Source: Dimorphilus gyrociliatus
Taxonomy: Eukaryota; Animalia; Annelida
DNA length: 64,000 bases
Direction: 5' to 3'
Assembly: GCA_904063045.1 (NCBI GenBank)
Contig: CAJFCJ010000009.1
Span: 1,302,968 to 1,366,967 of the forward strand
Below the pieces are notes generated by a model that saw only the letters and a program-made list of their open reading frames with translations, ran no database searches and had not been told where the DNA came from. A program made the translations under genes and the position numbers. Below are positions 32,822 to 44,723 of this stretch, piece after piece (position 1 is the stretch's first letter; each line of letters opens with the position of its first letter).

Positions 32822-34126
32822 ATGCCCCATTATCGTTCCCTATATAGAGATCGGTCGGTTCTGTCCAGTTCCAATAGTGATAGGTCAAATAGGAGTAAGC
32901 GGAAAAAGAGTGAAATAGAAGTTGATCCTATGGTGAATATTTTGGAGAGATTGCATAATCATGGTATATCTGGTGGAAAAATCGACTTTGAAAGACCTTC
33001 CGGTCTTCAGATTACGGAACGTATACGAATTTATTTAACGATTAGTTGCATAGGAATGAATCTAGTCTGCCTTATTGTTTTCTGCGCCCTTTTCCTTTTG
33101 ATTCTTGAGATGAAAAGAAATTTATTACAATTCACCAATATAAGTCAAATGGACGATATGATGGAAAGAATGCTCTTTTTCTCCTCTATATACGGGGCAA
33201 TTGTCAGTTTGTTTACAGTCATAATCTGTATGTCAATCTTATCGCCTTCCTCTCGATTCAATGTACAAATCCTATTGAAAGCTTTTACTCTCCTAATATT
33301 GATCTTGGTTATTATTATAATAGTCACTTTATTAAAGCTAAGGAGTCATCTAGAGACTATTAGCGTTACTATGAAGAATGACTTTAAATTAGCTATGGAA
33401 GAGTACGACTTTTATCCTTTGAAACGTAAATCCGTTGATAGGATACAACTCAATTTCGAATGTTGTGGAAATATGGACGGTTATGTCGAATGGTTTAATA
33501 TTCCTTGGATAGATGCAAGATTCATAGATAGCTCATTAGTAGCTTTACAAGACAATCTGATCGATGGAATCTTTGTTAGGAATGATAAGCTCAAAAATGT
33601 TCCCTTTTCTTGTTGTTCACCTTCTTCAAGAAAGCCGTGCATTAATGAAAGAGTACAGAACAATGAATATCACAAAAGCTATAACTGGATCGAAGATTTA
33701 ACGTTAAATAAGGAAACGTGTTTCCAAAAAGTTACCAACTTTTTTAATACCATTTTTGTAATCTTACTGGTTTGTTATTGTTTTCTCGTTATTTTTGAAT
33801 TTACTATTCTTATATGTGCCCGAATTGTCTACTTGTCACTTGTATCGTTACCGAGACACTTTCCTACTGCCACTGTAATAGTTAGTCGTTTGTATTACAA
33901 TACTCTCGACCCTCATGATCTTCCCCCAACTAAAGAAGAGATAAAAAGTAAAAGAACTGCGTCAGTCGACGAAAATGTAGCGAAAGTCGCTCATATTTTT
34001 TCCGAATGGAACAATAGTGAAAAGAAGAAGGAAGAACTTAAACCGTTATTGAGTAACTCAAAGAAAAATATCAGGAAGAAGCGAAGCGTTGCATTTGTCG
34101 AAGGTGAAACTATTCTATTAGACTAA
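32822..34126 (+). CDS. Intronless peripherin/ROM1-like tetraspanin
   Basis: Four TM segments; EC2 with ECCGNMDGYVEWFNIPWID, VPFSCCSPSSRKPCI, SYNW and ETC, following the PRPH2 pattern CCG..W...W / VPFSCC.PSS..PC. Confidence 0.85.
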   Translation: MPHYRSLYRDRSVLSSSNSDRSNRSKRKKSEIEVDPMVNILERLHNHGISGGKIDFERPSGLQITERIRIYLTISCIGMNLVCLIVFCALFLLILEMKRNLLQFTNISQMDDMMERMLFFSSIYGAIVSLFTVIICMSILSPSSRFNVQILLKAFTLLILILVIIIIVTLLKLRSHLETISVTMKNDFKLAMEEYDFYPLKRKSVDRIQLNFECCGNMDGYVEWFNIPWIDARFIDSSLVALQDNLIDGIFVRNDKLKNVPFSCCSPSSRKPCINERVQNNEYHKSYNWIEDLTLNKETCFQKVTNFFNTIFVILLVCYCFLVIFEFTILICARIVYLSLVSLPRHFPTATVIVSRLYYNTLDPHDLPPTKEEIKSKRTASVDENVAKVAHIFSEWNNSEKKKEELKPLLSNSKKNIRKKRSVAFVEGETILLD

Positions 34127-34188
34127 ATCAAACAAAAAAAACATTTCAGAAATATCCCACGTTCGAATTGTATTCCTACAACAACTGT

Positions 34189-34777
<589 letters not shown>

Positions 34778-34795
34778 ATCGCTTGCTTCTAAACC

Positions 34796-34806
34796 GGAAA
34801 AGGAAA
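34796..34806 (-). promoter_or_regulatory. TOP-like pyrimidine tract of RPS23
   Basis: TTTCCTTTTCC ~20-30 nt upstream of the ATG. Confidence 0.65.
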
Positions 34807-35057
34807 CGTGCTTGCAAAATTTTCACGACAAAGATTATGAAATCCTGAAAAGTTTAATTAATTCAGTGTAATTCCTAGATTTTGGGCAAGATTTTATAAA
34901 AAATATTAGAATTTCTATACAAAAATTATATTTGCAATTATTTTCACTTTATTTCTTTAAGAACTGAAGTTTATTGTTCATATTATTTAGTTGAAATTTT
35001 CTATAAATAAAATACTTGTATTGTAGTACCATATCTAGGAGCTAATAATCCTTTAAA

Positions 35058-36575
35058 ATGCGGCTACAACGTTTGCCATTATTGTTATATTTAATTATTC
35101 TGTCAGTAATATTAGGTTTTTTGATAATCCAATATGATAAGTACGTTAAGAGTTCATATATGGACGAGATCTTTCATATTCCACAAGCCCAAAAATATTG
35201 TAATGGAAAGTTTACAGAGGTTTTTATTAATATTGATTTAAAACTTGAAATCGCTAATTAAAACTGCTTTTTTTTAGTGGGATAACATGATTACAACGTT
35301 ACCCGGTTTATACTTTTTAAGTTTATTCGTACTTTACCCTATTGCTTATTTACTGGGATTGCCAATTGAAACAACATGTTCAATCTTTAATTTACGAGCT
35401 ATTAATGCTCTTCTAGCAGTGGGCTCTTATTTGGCTTTATGTTTCCTAGTTAAGAAGGTAGGTTAATAAACAATCACTTGAATAAATAGCATGTATATAT
35501 ATATATAGAAGACGCTGTCCCACAGCTGCAAAATCCAAGGAATGCTGCTCTCACTAGCTTTGGTATTTGCCTTTTCCCTTTGCATTTCTTTTTCAATTTT
35601 CTCTACTATACGGATACTGGATCGACGTTTTTTGTTCTCCTATCCTATCTATTGTCATTAAACAACCTCTATCTACCATCGGCTTTGGGTTGTGTTTTCT
35701 CAATAGTTTTTAGGCAGACAAACATTATCTGGACCGTATTTATTGCCGGAGAATGCGCGATTAGAATCCTACTTGAAAAGTTAGATTTTGATAAGAAAGA
35801 TCTTCGAAAGGAGAAGAGAAACTCTCTTATATTTATTCCTCTCTTTCTAAAATATACATTAGGCAATGTTCATAAGATAAAGAAAACTATAAAACTCCTA
35901 TGGAGACCAATAATCTATTATGGAATGGTAATTATATCATTTATCATTTTCATTGTACTAAATAATGGAATTGTTGTTGGGGCAAAGTCAGATCACCAAG
36001 CAGTATTACATTTTCCTCAAATTTGTTATTTTGCATCATTTTCATGTTTATTCGCTATACCTTTACTATTCCATTTGAAGTTAATCAAAGAATTCTTTAA
36101 ATGGGTAAAAAGTCATTATTTTATATGTCTTTTTGGCACGATTCTATTCTTAATCGTCTGCTATAAATTTACTCACGTTCACCGATATATTTTGGCTGAT
36201 AATCGACATTACACATTCTATTTTTGGAGTAAACTTCTGGGAAGATATTGGTGGATAAGATACGCTCTAGCACCAATATACATCTTTTGTTTTTGGATTA
36301 TGAATAGAAGTTTAAAAAGTCCTAATATCATCTTTAAACTATTGTTCTTTATATCAATCTTCATCCTACTCGTTCCACAAGCTCTTATTGAATTTCGTTA
36401 TTTTATAACACCTTATATAATGTGGAGAATTCATTTAAAGGATATAAGCAAACGAAGACTATTTTTAGAAGCTGTTTATTACGGTTTATGGAATTGTTTG
36501 ACTATTTATATTTTCCTATTTAAAACTTTTAAATGGCAAAACGAACCTAATAATATACAAAGATTTATGTGGTAG
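35058..36575 (+). CDS. ALG10: Alpha-1,2-glucosyltransferase ALG10 (DIE2)
   Basis: YMDEIFHIPQAQKYC; WDNMITTLPGLY; YYTDTGST; FRQTNIIW; HRYILADNRHYTFY; LIEFRYFITPY; QRFMW*. Confidence 0.96.
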
Positions 36576-37414
36576 CTATGGTAACAGTCTGTTTTTTTGT
36601 AATAAAGAGCTAAATGTAATTGTCAAAGTGATGGGATAGTAATAATAATAAAAAACTACAGCAACTATTTGTATTTCTATTGTTTCTTTATATTTTTTGT
36701 ATGTCTATATTGTTTATTTTATTTTGACGAAAAAAAAATGCCATCTATCGGTTAGGATAAAATACATTTGAGATTTTGCTTCCTAATTAGTTAACTTGTC
36801 AAAAGAGAGAGAAAATAAATCGTATCAGCTACTCTTTGCTATTTAAATAATAAATATCGGTTTATATACAGTATACAGATTATTGTATTTAGATGGTTGA
36901 AACTGTATATATATCTATATACTGTATAATTGTATATATATACAGACTTAATATACGATATGTTGTACAGTAAATAAATATAAATAGAAAAGTCCACTTG
37001 AGAATAATCAATAGGAAGGGTTAAAGAAAGCAAAATAAAAGGAAGGAAAGCATTGACGAAAGCTATAATTAGATATTCTGTCATTGTTTTCTTTTTAAGA
37101 GGATTACCCAAATTATTTCTTATTCAGGTTATAGATGGAGGAAGAGATGAAATATCCTAAGTGGATATTAACGAGAAGGATGATTGTTAGTTTGTATTTT
37201 TCCTTACTCTGTACTTTTATGATATCTATATATATCTTTATATATATATATATACAAATTTATTTTAAAGCATATAAAATGATCAATTTAAATAAGAACA
37301 GGAAAAAGATAGCAAACATAACAATAATGGAAAGGAGTATAAAGCCGAGTTCTAATTTTAAATACGCAGGTGTGGTAAAATCGATGGACAAATATTACTT
37401 TTCTACAGTTTGTC

Positions 37415-37645
37415 ATGAAGGATAGAACGAACGCTGAACGGATAATTAAAGAGCGTCGAATGGCTGCAAATGCCCGAGAACGACGAAGAATGGAGGCGTT
37501 AAATAATGCTTTTGAAAGGCTTAGAGAAAGTGTCTCAACATTAAGAAACGAAAAAAGAAAGAGAAAATTAAGTAAATTCGAAACTTTAAAATTGGCCAGA
37601 ATTTATATTGATGGATTGAGACGAATGCTGGAAGAATGCGGTTGA
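37415..37645 (+). CDS. Atonal-like bHLH transcription factor (core domain; a 5' exon near 37135 is possible)
   Basis: [24 protein letters not shown]...[18 protein letters not shown] matches the atonal-family bHLH signature. Confidence 0.85.
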   Translation: MKDRTNAERIIKERRMAANARERRRMEALNNAFERLRESVSTLRNEKRKRKLSKFETLKLARIYIDGLRRMLEECG

Positions 37646-37850
37646 CTTGTTTTTTTTTCAGTATATACCGTAATTTTATACAAATCTTCTGTATATATAT
37701 ATATATATATATACTGTATATATATATGTCTAGATATATATATATATATATGTATATGTACACAAGTATATATGCTGTGGACAATATTAAAAATTAGACA
37801 ACAATCTAGATAAAATATACATTCTGTAAAAAAAAAAGAGTCTGTGGGTA

Positions 37851-39227
37851 TCACGCATGCAATAATTGATGACGTACGTCGGTTAGTGTCTTACCGTAAA
37901 AATTGTTGAAATCCCAGGTATTCTGATCTTCGATATTAGGATCATTTATAAGTTTTCCTATTCCCCAAATATTAGCTTCGGCATATACCAACTCCGTTCC
38001 TTTTGTCTTGGCGAGCTCGGCGTTTAAATAGCTTGATGAAGTAAATTTTTTTATTAAAACTTCCTTAAGAAATATATGTCTTTTATCCATCCATATTCTA
38101 TCAGAATAATTTTTCACACTTCTTCCGCAAGACTTCCAGACTCTGAAGCTGTTACTTGTGAGAACTCTTTGAGCCAGAGTTGGGTCATTAAAGACCTGAC
38201 ATTTCTTGTACATTACGTAGTGTATTGGAGAATGAAAACATTCATTTTCAAGATAAATAGGTGTGTAATGACTTGGACCAAATACGGAATTATCAGTAAA
38301 ATAAGTAAACTCGGGACTTTTTTTAATGTAAGGATCGTTACTATCTCGTAATTTCTTCACTACCTCTTCCGCACTTATCCTATCTTGAGGTTTTGATTTT
38401 ATCATGGACCTTATTATAACTTTTAGAGCGCCGATTTCGGGAAGGAAATCATCATGATAAAATTCAATAAAATTTTCGTCAGGTCTTATTATTAACGCTA
38501 AACCAATAGGTTGTTTACCTAGACCCTCTTCCGAAGGGGCTAAAGGTGCCATTAGAGGATCTCTACTATAATTTAGCATAGCCAGGAATATCAATCCCAT
38601 TGCAAATACATCGACAGAATCCGAATACGTTTGATCAACTTGATATAACTCAGGAGCCCAAAAACATGGAGTTCCGCCCCGAGTTTCGAATAAACTTTTC
38701 CCTGTAGTTTTCCATTCTTTGCCACAGCCAAAGTCTGAAAGTTTAAAAATCGTTTCTCCATTTCCATCAGTTGTAACAAGCATATTTACGGGTTTAATAT
38801 CTCTGTGAATAAAGTTATTTTTATGCAGATGGGCCATTCCTTCAGCTAACTGCAGCATAATTTGCTGTTGATGTTTTATTGTAAATTTACCACCTTTAGA
38901 TTGATAATATTTAGGTAAATCTCCAAGGTTACAGTATTCAAAAATTAGTTTTAAAGAATATTCATCTGTGACTATGCCGAAAATCTCTAGGATATTTCTA
39001 TGCAGTGGAATTTTGTAATGTAAAAGAGCTTCTTCTCTTGCAATATCCAAATCTTCAGCGTCATTTATATTAAAAATCTTTAATGCCTTCGTTTCGTTAG
39101 TGTTGAGATCTTGACATTTATAAACAATTCCAAATGATCCTTGTCCCAAGTATTCTTGAATCTTGATGGTTGTATCTTTGCATGTTACAGTCTTTCCAAT
39201 TTCGGCTTTTATCAAAGAATTCATCAT
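37851..39227 (-). CDS. Intronless Ser/Thr kinase (STK35/PDIK1L-like features) fused to a C-terminal NADAR/YbiA-like domain
   Basis: Kinase motifs GQGSFGIVY, ALK, REE, HRDIKPVN, DFG, GGTPCFWAPE, DVFAMG. From about aa 307: FTYF..., FHSPIHYVMYKK, KSCGRSVKNY, W.DKR, KKF, LAKTKGTELV, IWGIG, NFYGKTLTDVR follow the NADAR pattern. Confidence 0.88.
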   Translation of the reverse strand: MMNSLIKAEIGKTVTCKDTTIKIQEYLGQGSFGIVYKCQDLNTNETKALKIFNINDAEDLDIAREEALLHYKIPLHRNILEIFGIVTDEYSLKLIFEYCNLGDLPKYYQSKGGKFTIKHQQQIMLQLAEGMAHLHKNNFIHRDIKPVNMLVTTDGNGETIFKLSDFGCGKEWKTTGKSLFETRGGTPCFWAPELYQVDQTYSDSVDVFAMGLIFLAMLNYSRDPLMAPLAPSEEGLGKQPIGLALIIRPDENFIEFYHDDFLPEIGALKVIIRSMIKSKPQDRISAEEVVKKLRDSNDPYIKKSPEFTYFTDNSVFGPSHYTPIYLENECFHSPIHYVMYKKCQVFNDPTLAQRVLTSNSFRVWKSCGRSVKNYSDRIWMDKRHIFLKEVLIKKFTSSSYLNAELAKTKGTELVYAEANIWGIGKLINDPNIEDQNTWDFNNFYGKTLTDVRHQLLHA

Positions 39228-39489
39228 TTTGAAGAATTACCGTTAAAACTGATCGAAGACGTTTAATATGATTGCAAAATGAAAGTAAAAAATGGCGCGT
39301 TTCTATTTTCATTTTACTACTTGTGTCAGTCATTTATAAAAATATCACGAATTGAATATATTTATATATTTAAGCCTATATGAATGAAATAAATAGATTT
39401 ATTTAAATGTTACAACGATTAGAAGCAAATACTTCTATACAGAGAACAACAATAAATCGACTACATGGACATGATAGGCTCATAGTTGT

Positions 39490-41824
39490 TTACAAGTTTG
39501 TAGCACATTCTGTAGTTTTGTTGGATTCTCCTACAGTAAAGCTCACTAAGCGATGATCTTCACTTTGATCGGGTTCAGGTAGAGGATCTTCGTCAAAAAC
39601 TTCAGGAAATTCTTCAACTTCGATGTTAGCTCCAGGGGCAAATTGATGAGCGATTTCCTCAAATGTTTTATTTCTAGTTTCCGGAACGAGACAGTAAACG
39701 AAAATCAAAAATAACACCATAAGACCAAGGAAGAGTAGGAAAGTGAAATGTTTCAATTCTTTTTGTATGCTCTCGAACGAAATTGCTATGATAAACGTGC
39801 CAAGCCAATTGACAAAGCCCGCTAAACTCATTGCCAATGGTCGAGGACCTTGTCGAAATAGTTCTGCACCTATCATTTGCGGAATTGGTCCTAAACCAAC
39901 CGCAAAACCAATAACATAAATAATCACACAAACTACCGCTACTATAGACAGCCATTCAGCTTTTTTCTGTCAAGGAAAATAAGGAAAATGAAAGTAAAGA
40001 GATATTTGTGGATGAATCATACCTGGAAGTTTTGCGCAACAGTTATTATAGCAAGATCAAATATCATTACTATCATTGGATATAGAAGAAGAGCCCTTCG
40101 ACCAGCTATATCCATTATAGGTATCTATACAAATAAAAAATGAAAGGAATATTAATACAATTTTTAATTAGATGAGTTATTTTTGAATATTCACCGCAAT
40201 AATTGTCATAAGGACATTTACGGCATTTGTTCCAATTACCGCATAAGGGATATGGTTTGCAGAAACACCTGCCTCGTTAAAAATTCCATTTGAATAGAAG
40301 AATATCTACGAATGGTCATATAGTTTAATGGAAAGAATAACGGGAAAACATCTTGCAACAAACCGCATTAATTCCTGAAAATTGCTGTACAACTTGCAAG
40401 CAACAAGCAATTAACAGTGGCATCCTAAGAGCAGGATTCAAAAAAAGCTTTTTTAAAGTGTAAACTTCCGTTTTAGTACTTTTTGAATCAGATTGCTCAG
40501 TATCCATTTCTTCAATGTCAGTTGTAATATCTTTTCTATTTCGAAAGAATCTTAAAGCCTTTGAAGCCAATTCTCTTTCATTTTTTATCAATAATAAGTA
40601 TCTTGGACTTTCTGGCAAGAATGGGAGAATAGCTAAGCATAATAGTGGAGGGATCGCATTAATACTGAGAACATAGGGCCAAAGTTTTTCTGTGCCTAAT
40701 ATTCCTTCTATTCCGAATATGCTAGCTGCTAAAATACCTATTGTAATGAAAAGTTGATGTAGTGTACCGAATGCTCCTCTATAGTTAAAAGGGCAAATTT
40801 CCGAAAGGTACATTGGTGCTAAGGACGTGGAGAGACCTGAGTGAACTCCCACAAGTACTCGACCCACCATCAGCAACTCGGGGGTCCTACTTATTACGGG
40901 AAAAGTTGATATAATTGCTCCCAAAATAGCAAAAATATAACTCAATAGGATAGCTTTTTTTCGTCCAATTTTATCAGCTATAAATCCAGCCGAAAAAGCC
41001 CCTATCATGCCACCAGGAAGGAAAAGAGCAGTTGTTAATGACCATAGAAAAGTCAGGGAAGCATCTGATATTGGTTGATTATTTCTTTCCACGTATGTTT
41101 CATTATAGAAACTTTTTATAAGCTGCAGCATAAAAACAATAATTTATGACCTTAGAGGAAATTAAAAAGTGGAAAAAAGTTTATAATTTACGGGTGAGAT
41201 CTGGTTCAAAGCTCCAATATTGTATCCAAAAAGGAAGCTAGATCCAAAAACTATAACGAAAGCTGTTACGCAGAGGTTAAGGGTTATTCCCTAAAAAAAA
41301 AACATAAGAATTAATATTAGGCCTATATATGGCAACAGTATGTTTTATTAAATACCGATGCCAATTCTGGTTTTAGGTTATCGTGATACTCAGATCTTGT
41401 CACTTGTAAACTGCCTTTGCTAGCCACAGATGATATTTTGCTAGCAGTTCGATCAAAAGGCTTATCAGTGGTTTCTGTAGAGCTATATTGAGTAATCCTG
41501 TCAGCTATATATAACTTCACGAAATCTCAACTAACGAACCTTACTCTTCTATACAAACTACTTCTAGAGGATCTACGTTTGGAAGAACAGGAACTGTCCG
41601 TGCTTTTTTGACTAACATTACGCAATTTCTTTTTTGGTTCATTTTCTTTAATGCTGTCACCCTAAAAATAAAAAGTAAAAAAAAAAATATAATAAATTAT
41701 TGATTAATTAATCCTTTAGACATATAGCAGCTCTAGATGTAATTATTTATTATATTTGGCAAATGACTATAAAATATGATATTCTTACATCTGACATCAT
41801 TTTCTCTTTAGCCGAATCGTCCAT
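39490..41824 (-). CDS. Facilitated glucose transporter (SLC2A class I-like, MFS sugar porter)
   Basis: FGYNIGALN, DKIGRKK, PESPRYL, QQFSGINAV, GLGPIP, VPETRNKTFEEI; start MDDSAKEK at 41824. Confidence 0.95.
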
Positions 41825-43367
41825 GGTGAATATTTTCGTTTTTTTTTCTAATCAATAAGCTAAGATAGGTATTCTTGTAAATTCTTTTCCAAATGAGACA
41901 CTTCTTTGTTTATCTATAAACATTTATTTACCGTATTTAAATCGGTTATAAAGGTTAAAATAGCATGTATACAATTTTTAAAATAGTGAAATAGGGGATC
42001 TAACCCAAAGTAATCCCTATTCAACTATTTCTTAAGCAATTTATTATGCAAATTAATCTAAAAAATTATGCTATAAACGTTACGAATTTGAAAAGTTTGA
42101 TAAACGATAGAATATACCTATTTACTAACAATTTGAGTATTCTCTGACGCTCTAAGAAAGAAATTAATACGCCCTTGCATTGAAGGGGCAACTCAAGGTC
42201 AAGGACTATACTGCAATTCTGAAGTTAGCTGCAATGTTGTACCCTAGTGCCATCTGTAGTAAGGGAAAAGTATATAATCCAGATACGAATAGTGGCAATA
42301 TACTGTATATATGAGAAATCAGTATGTAAATTAAATGTATATATAAATACCAAAACACGTAGCGGTCTAAATTTCCTTGGCTAAAGTGACATCCACACTG
42401 TAATTCACAGTTGAGTAACTTTCCCAGGTTGTTGACAGTTTTCAGATTGTTTACTTTAAGGTGACCTTCAATTAAGCCACGAATAGAGTCCTTTGACAGA
42501 TTCAAAACTATAGTAGAAATAATTATTATCCCATACTTTCGAGTATAGGTCTTCTACTTTAGGTTGGCCAGAGCATAATCTAATTTATATTAAAAAAAGA
42601 AAATATTATTAAAATAAGATGTTGAAATTAATAGTATTAAGACGTAAATGATCCAATTCCAAGTCCAAATGAGTAGATAAAGAGGAGGAGACGTTTTTAA
42701 CAACTTCATCTTTTTAATTATACCTATGGTAATGAGAAAAGTATTCTATTTCTTGACAGTAAACTCTTACGGAAATTTTATCCTGCTGGAACTTGGTAAA
42801 CTGTCGTTATTTTACCATTTTATTTTTCTATATTTCCTCTGGGAAGGTCTTCACTCAAATCCAGAAATAAACTTGAAGGAGCTGTCATTGTAATAGGACA
42901 TTATCTTTTTTTGTAATAAACGGTGAAGAGATTACAAACCTTTTATTGTAGATAAAATGGTGATAGTTCTTTTATTGACACAAGAACATAAGAATATTTG
43001 AATTTTCAATTCTAAAATAAATTTTCAGATTGATTTCTTGGCTGTAAAATAAATCGTTTCGAAACTGGTGCTCATTTCACTCTTGGTTTAGCTTTTGAGG
43101 TAGGATTTTGACGGTTGGCCGACTATTTAATCTTAGATTATACCCTAGATCTGGTAATAGTTAGCAACAATATTATTTCAGCGTGAAGTGAAGACCTTAT
43201 GTACGAGCTTCAGTTCAGGAAATTACTGCCTAGCTTTGTAAATTCCGAAGAAATAAAAAGACAACAATTGATTTTTAACATCTTATAAACTGTGTACTTT
43301 TTAAGATTGTGTCACGAATTAACAGAAAGAGCAACACATATTTAATAGTTTTTAGCAACTCTTTAAT

Positions 43368-44419
43368 TTATGGATTAACCTTTTCAAAGTACTTCAATTT
43401 TTCTTGTGGATTTGGGATGATGGTATCCGAACCAGGCTTCCACCCAACTGGGCAAACTTCTCCATGTTGATCGGTATATTGGAAGGCCTGTACCAAACGA
43501 AGAGTTTCATCAACAGATCTTCCGACTGGGAGATCGTTCATCGTTATTTGTCTCAAAATTCCTTTATTGTCGACAATGAAAAGCCCTCTTAAAGTGTGAC
43601 CTGCATCTTCAAGGTAAACTCCATAGTCTTTTGAGATTTTGTGGGTAAGATCCGACAGTAATGGAATGTTCATTGGACCCAATCCACCTTGATTTCTTGG
43701 GGTGTTAATCCAAGCCAAATGTGTAAACTGGGAATCAATTGAGACTCCAACAACTTCAGCACCGATCTTTCTAAATTCATCAGCTCTATCACTGAAGGCA
43801 ATTATCTCGGTTGGGCAGACAAATGTGCTGTAATTCAAAACGAAAAGTTATGAGCGAGTATATAAGAATATTCTATAAAAGAGAATTACATAAATTATTC
43901 TAGTTCGTTGGATAAAAATCGCTACATCCATTAAATAATAATGTGTGCGTATTGACTATGTTGAAGGGGATATTTTTGACCTTTATACACCATTTAAGAT
44001 TCTTTCTAATATTAATCCTTTAAAGCTCGTTCGGGCAAGCACATACACCACTCAATTTTGCACGTACACAGATAAATAACTTAAAAAACTTACAAATCCA
44101 AAGGATAGAAAAAGAAAACCAAATATTTTCCTTTATAATCAGACAATTTTAATTCTTTAAATTCACCATTTACAACGGCTGTGCCTTCCCATGCTGGGGC
44201 CGGTTTTTGAACTGCAAAAGTAACTTGTCATTACATTTCTAATGGAGCCGGTGAAAAAATAAACTTACTTTGAGCTTTGCTCCAATGTAAAGAATGTCCA
44301 GAAGCTTTGGCTTGGGCTGGATATACTTCTCCTCCAGCATAGGATCGACAACTGCCCTCATCCTCAGCGAAGACCAGGGCAGATAAGAAAACAACCGAAA
44401 AGATCTTGATTGACAACAT
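43368..44419 (-). CDS. PRDX4: Peroxiredoxin-4 (secretory 2-Cys Prx)
   Basis: Signal peptide [51 protein letters not shown]. Confidence 0.96.
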
Positions 44420-44723
44420 TACACGTTGCAGTATCACCAGGGTATGAAGAAGACATATTAGAAACTTTAGTTAGTTTACCTCTACCTAATAAAATATAAT
44501 ACCGCCATATCTAAAAAGTAGATCAATTTATATCTAATTTCGAAATTTTGGTATGGTACAGTCTTTCAGTACCAAAACTAGAGATATAATTTGTACGCGG
44601 AGCACTAGACCGTTCTTCGAACATTTTATTCGGCGCGAATTTGTTCTTTCGTTCTGAAAATAAAATTCATTTGGAATTTCTTGATTATTATCGAAAAACA
44701 AGCAATATACTATAAAGGACAAT

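Noticed and set aside
36839-37111. Hydrophobic minus-strand ORF resembling a signal-peptide protein
   Set aside because: Runs into TA-rich low complexity, and the plausible splice leads straight to a stop.
42150-43330. Exon-like patches between the GLUT gene and PRDX4, including ORF 42206-42505
   Set aside because: Every splice combination tried on either strand hit stops and no motif was recognised; may be lncRNA, UTR or pseudogene and needs RNA-seq.
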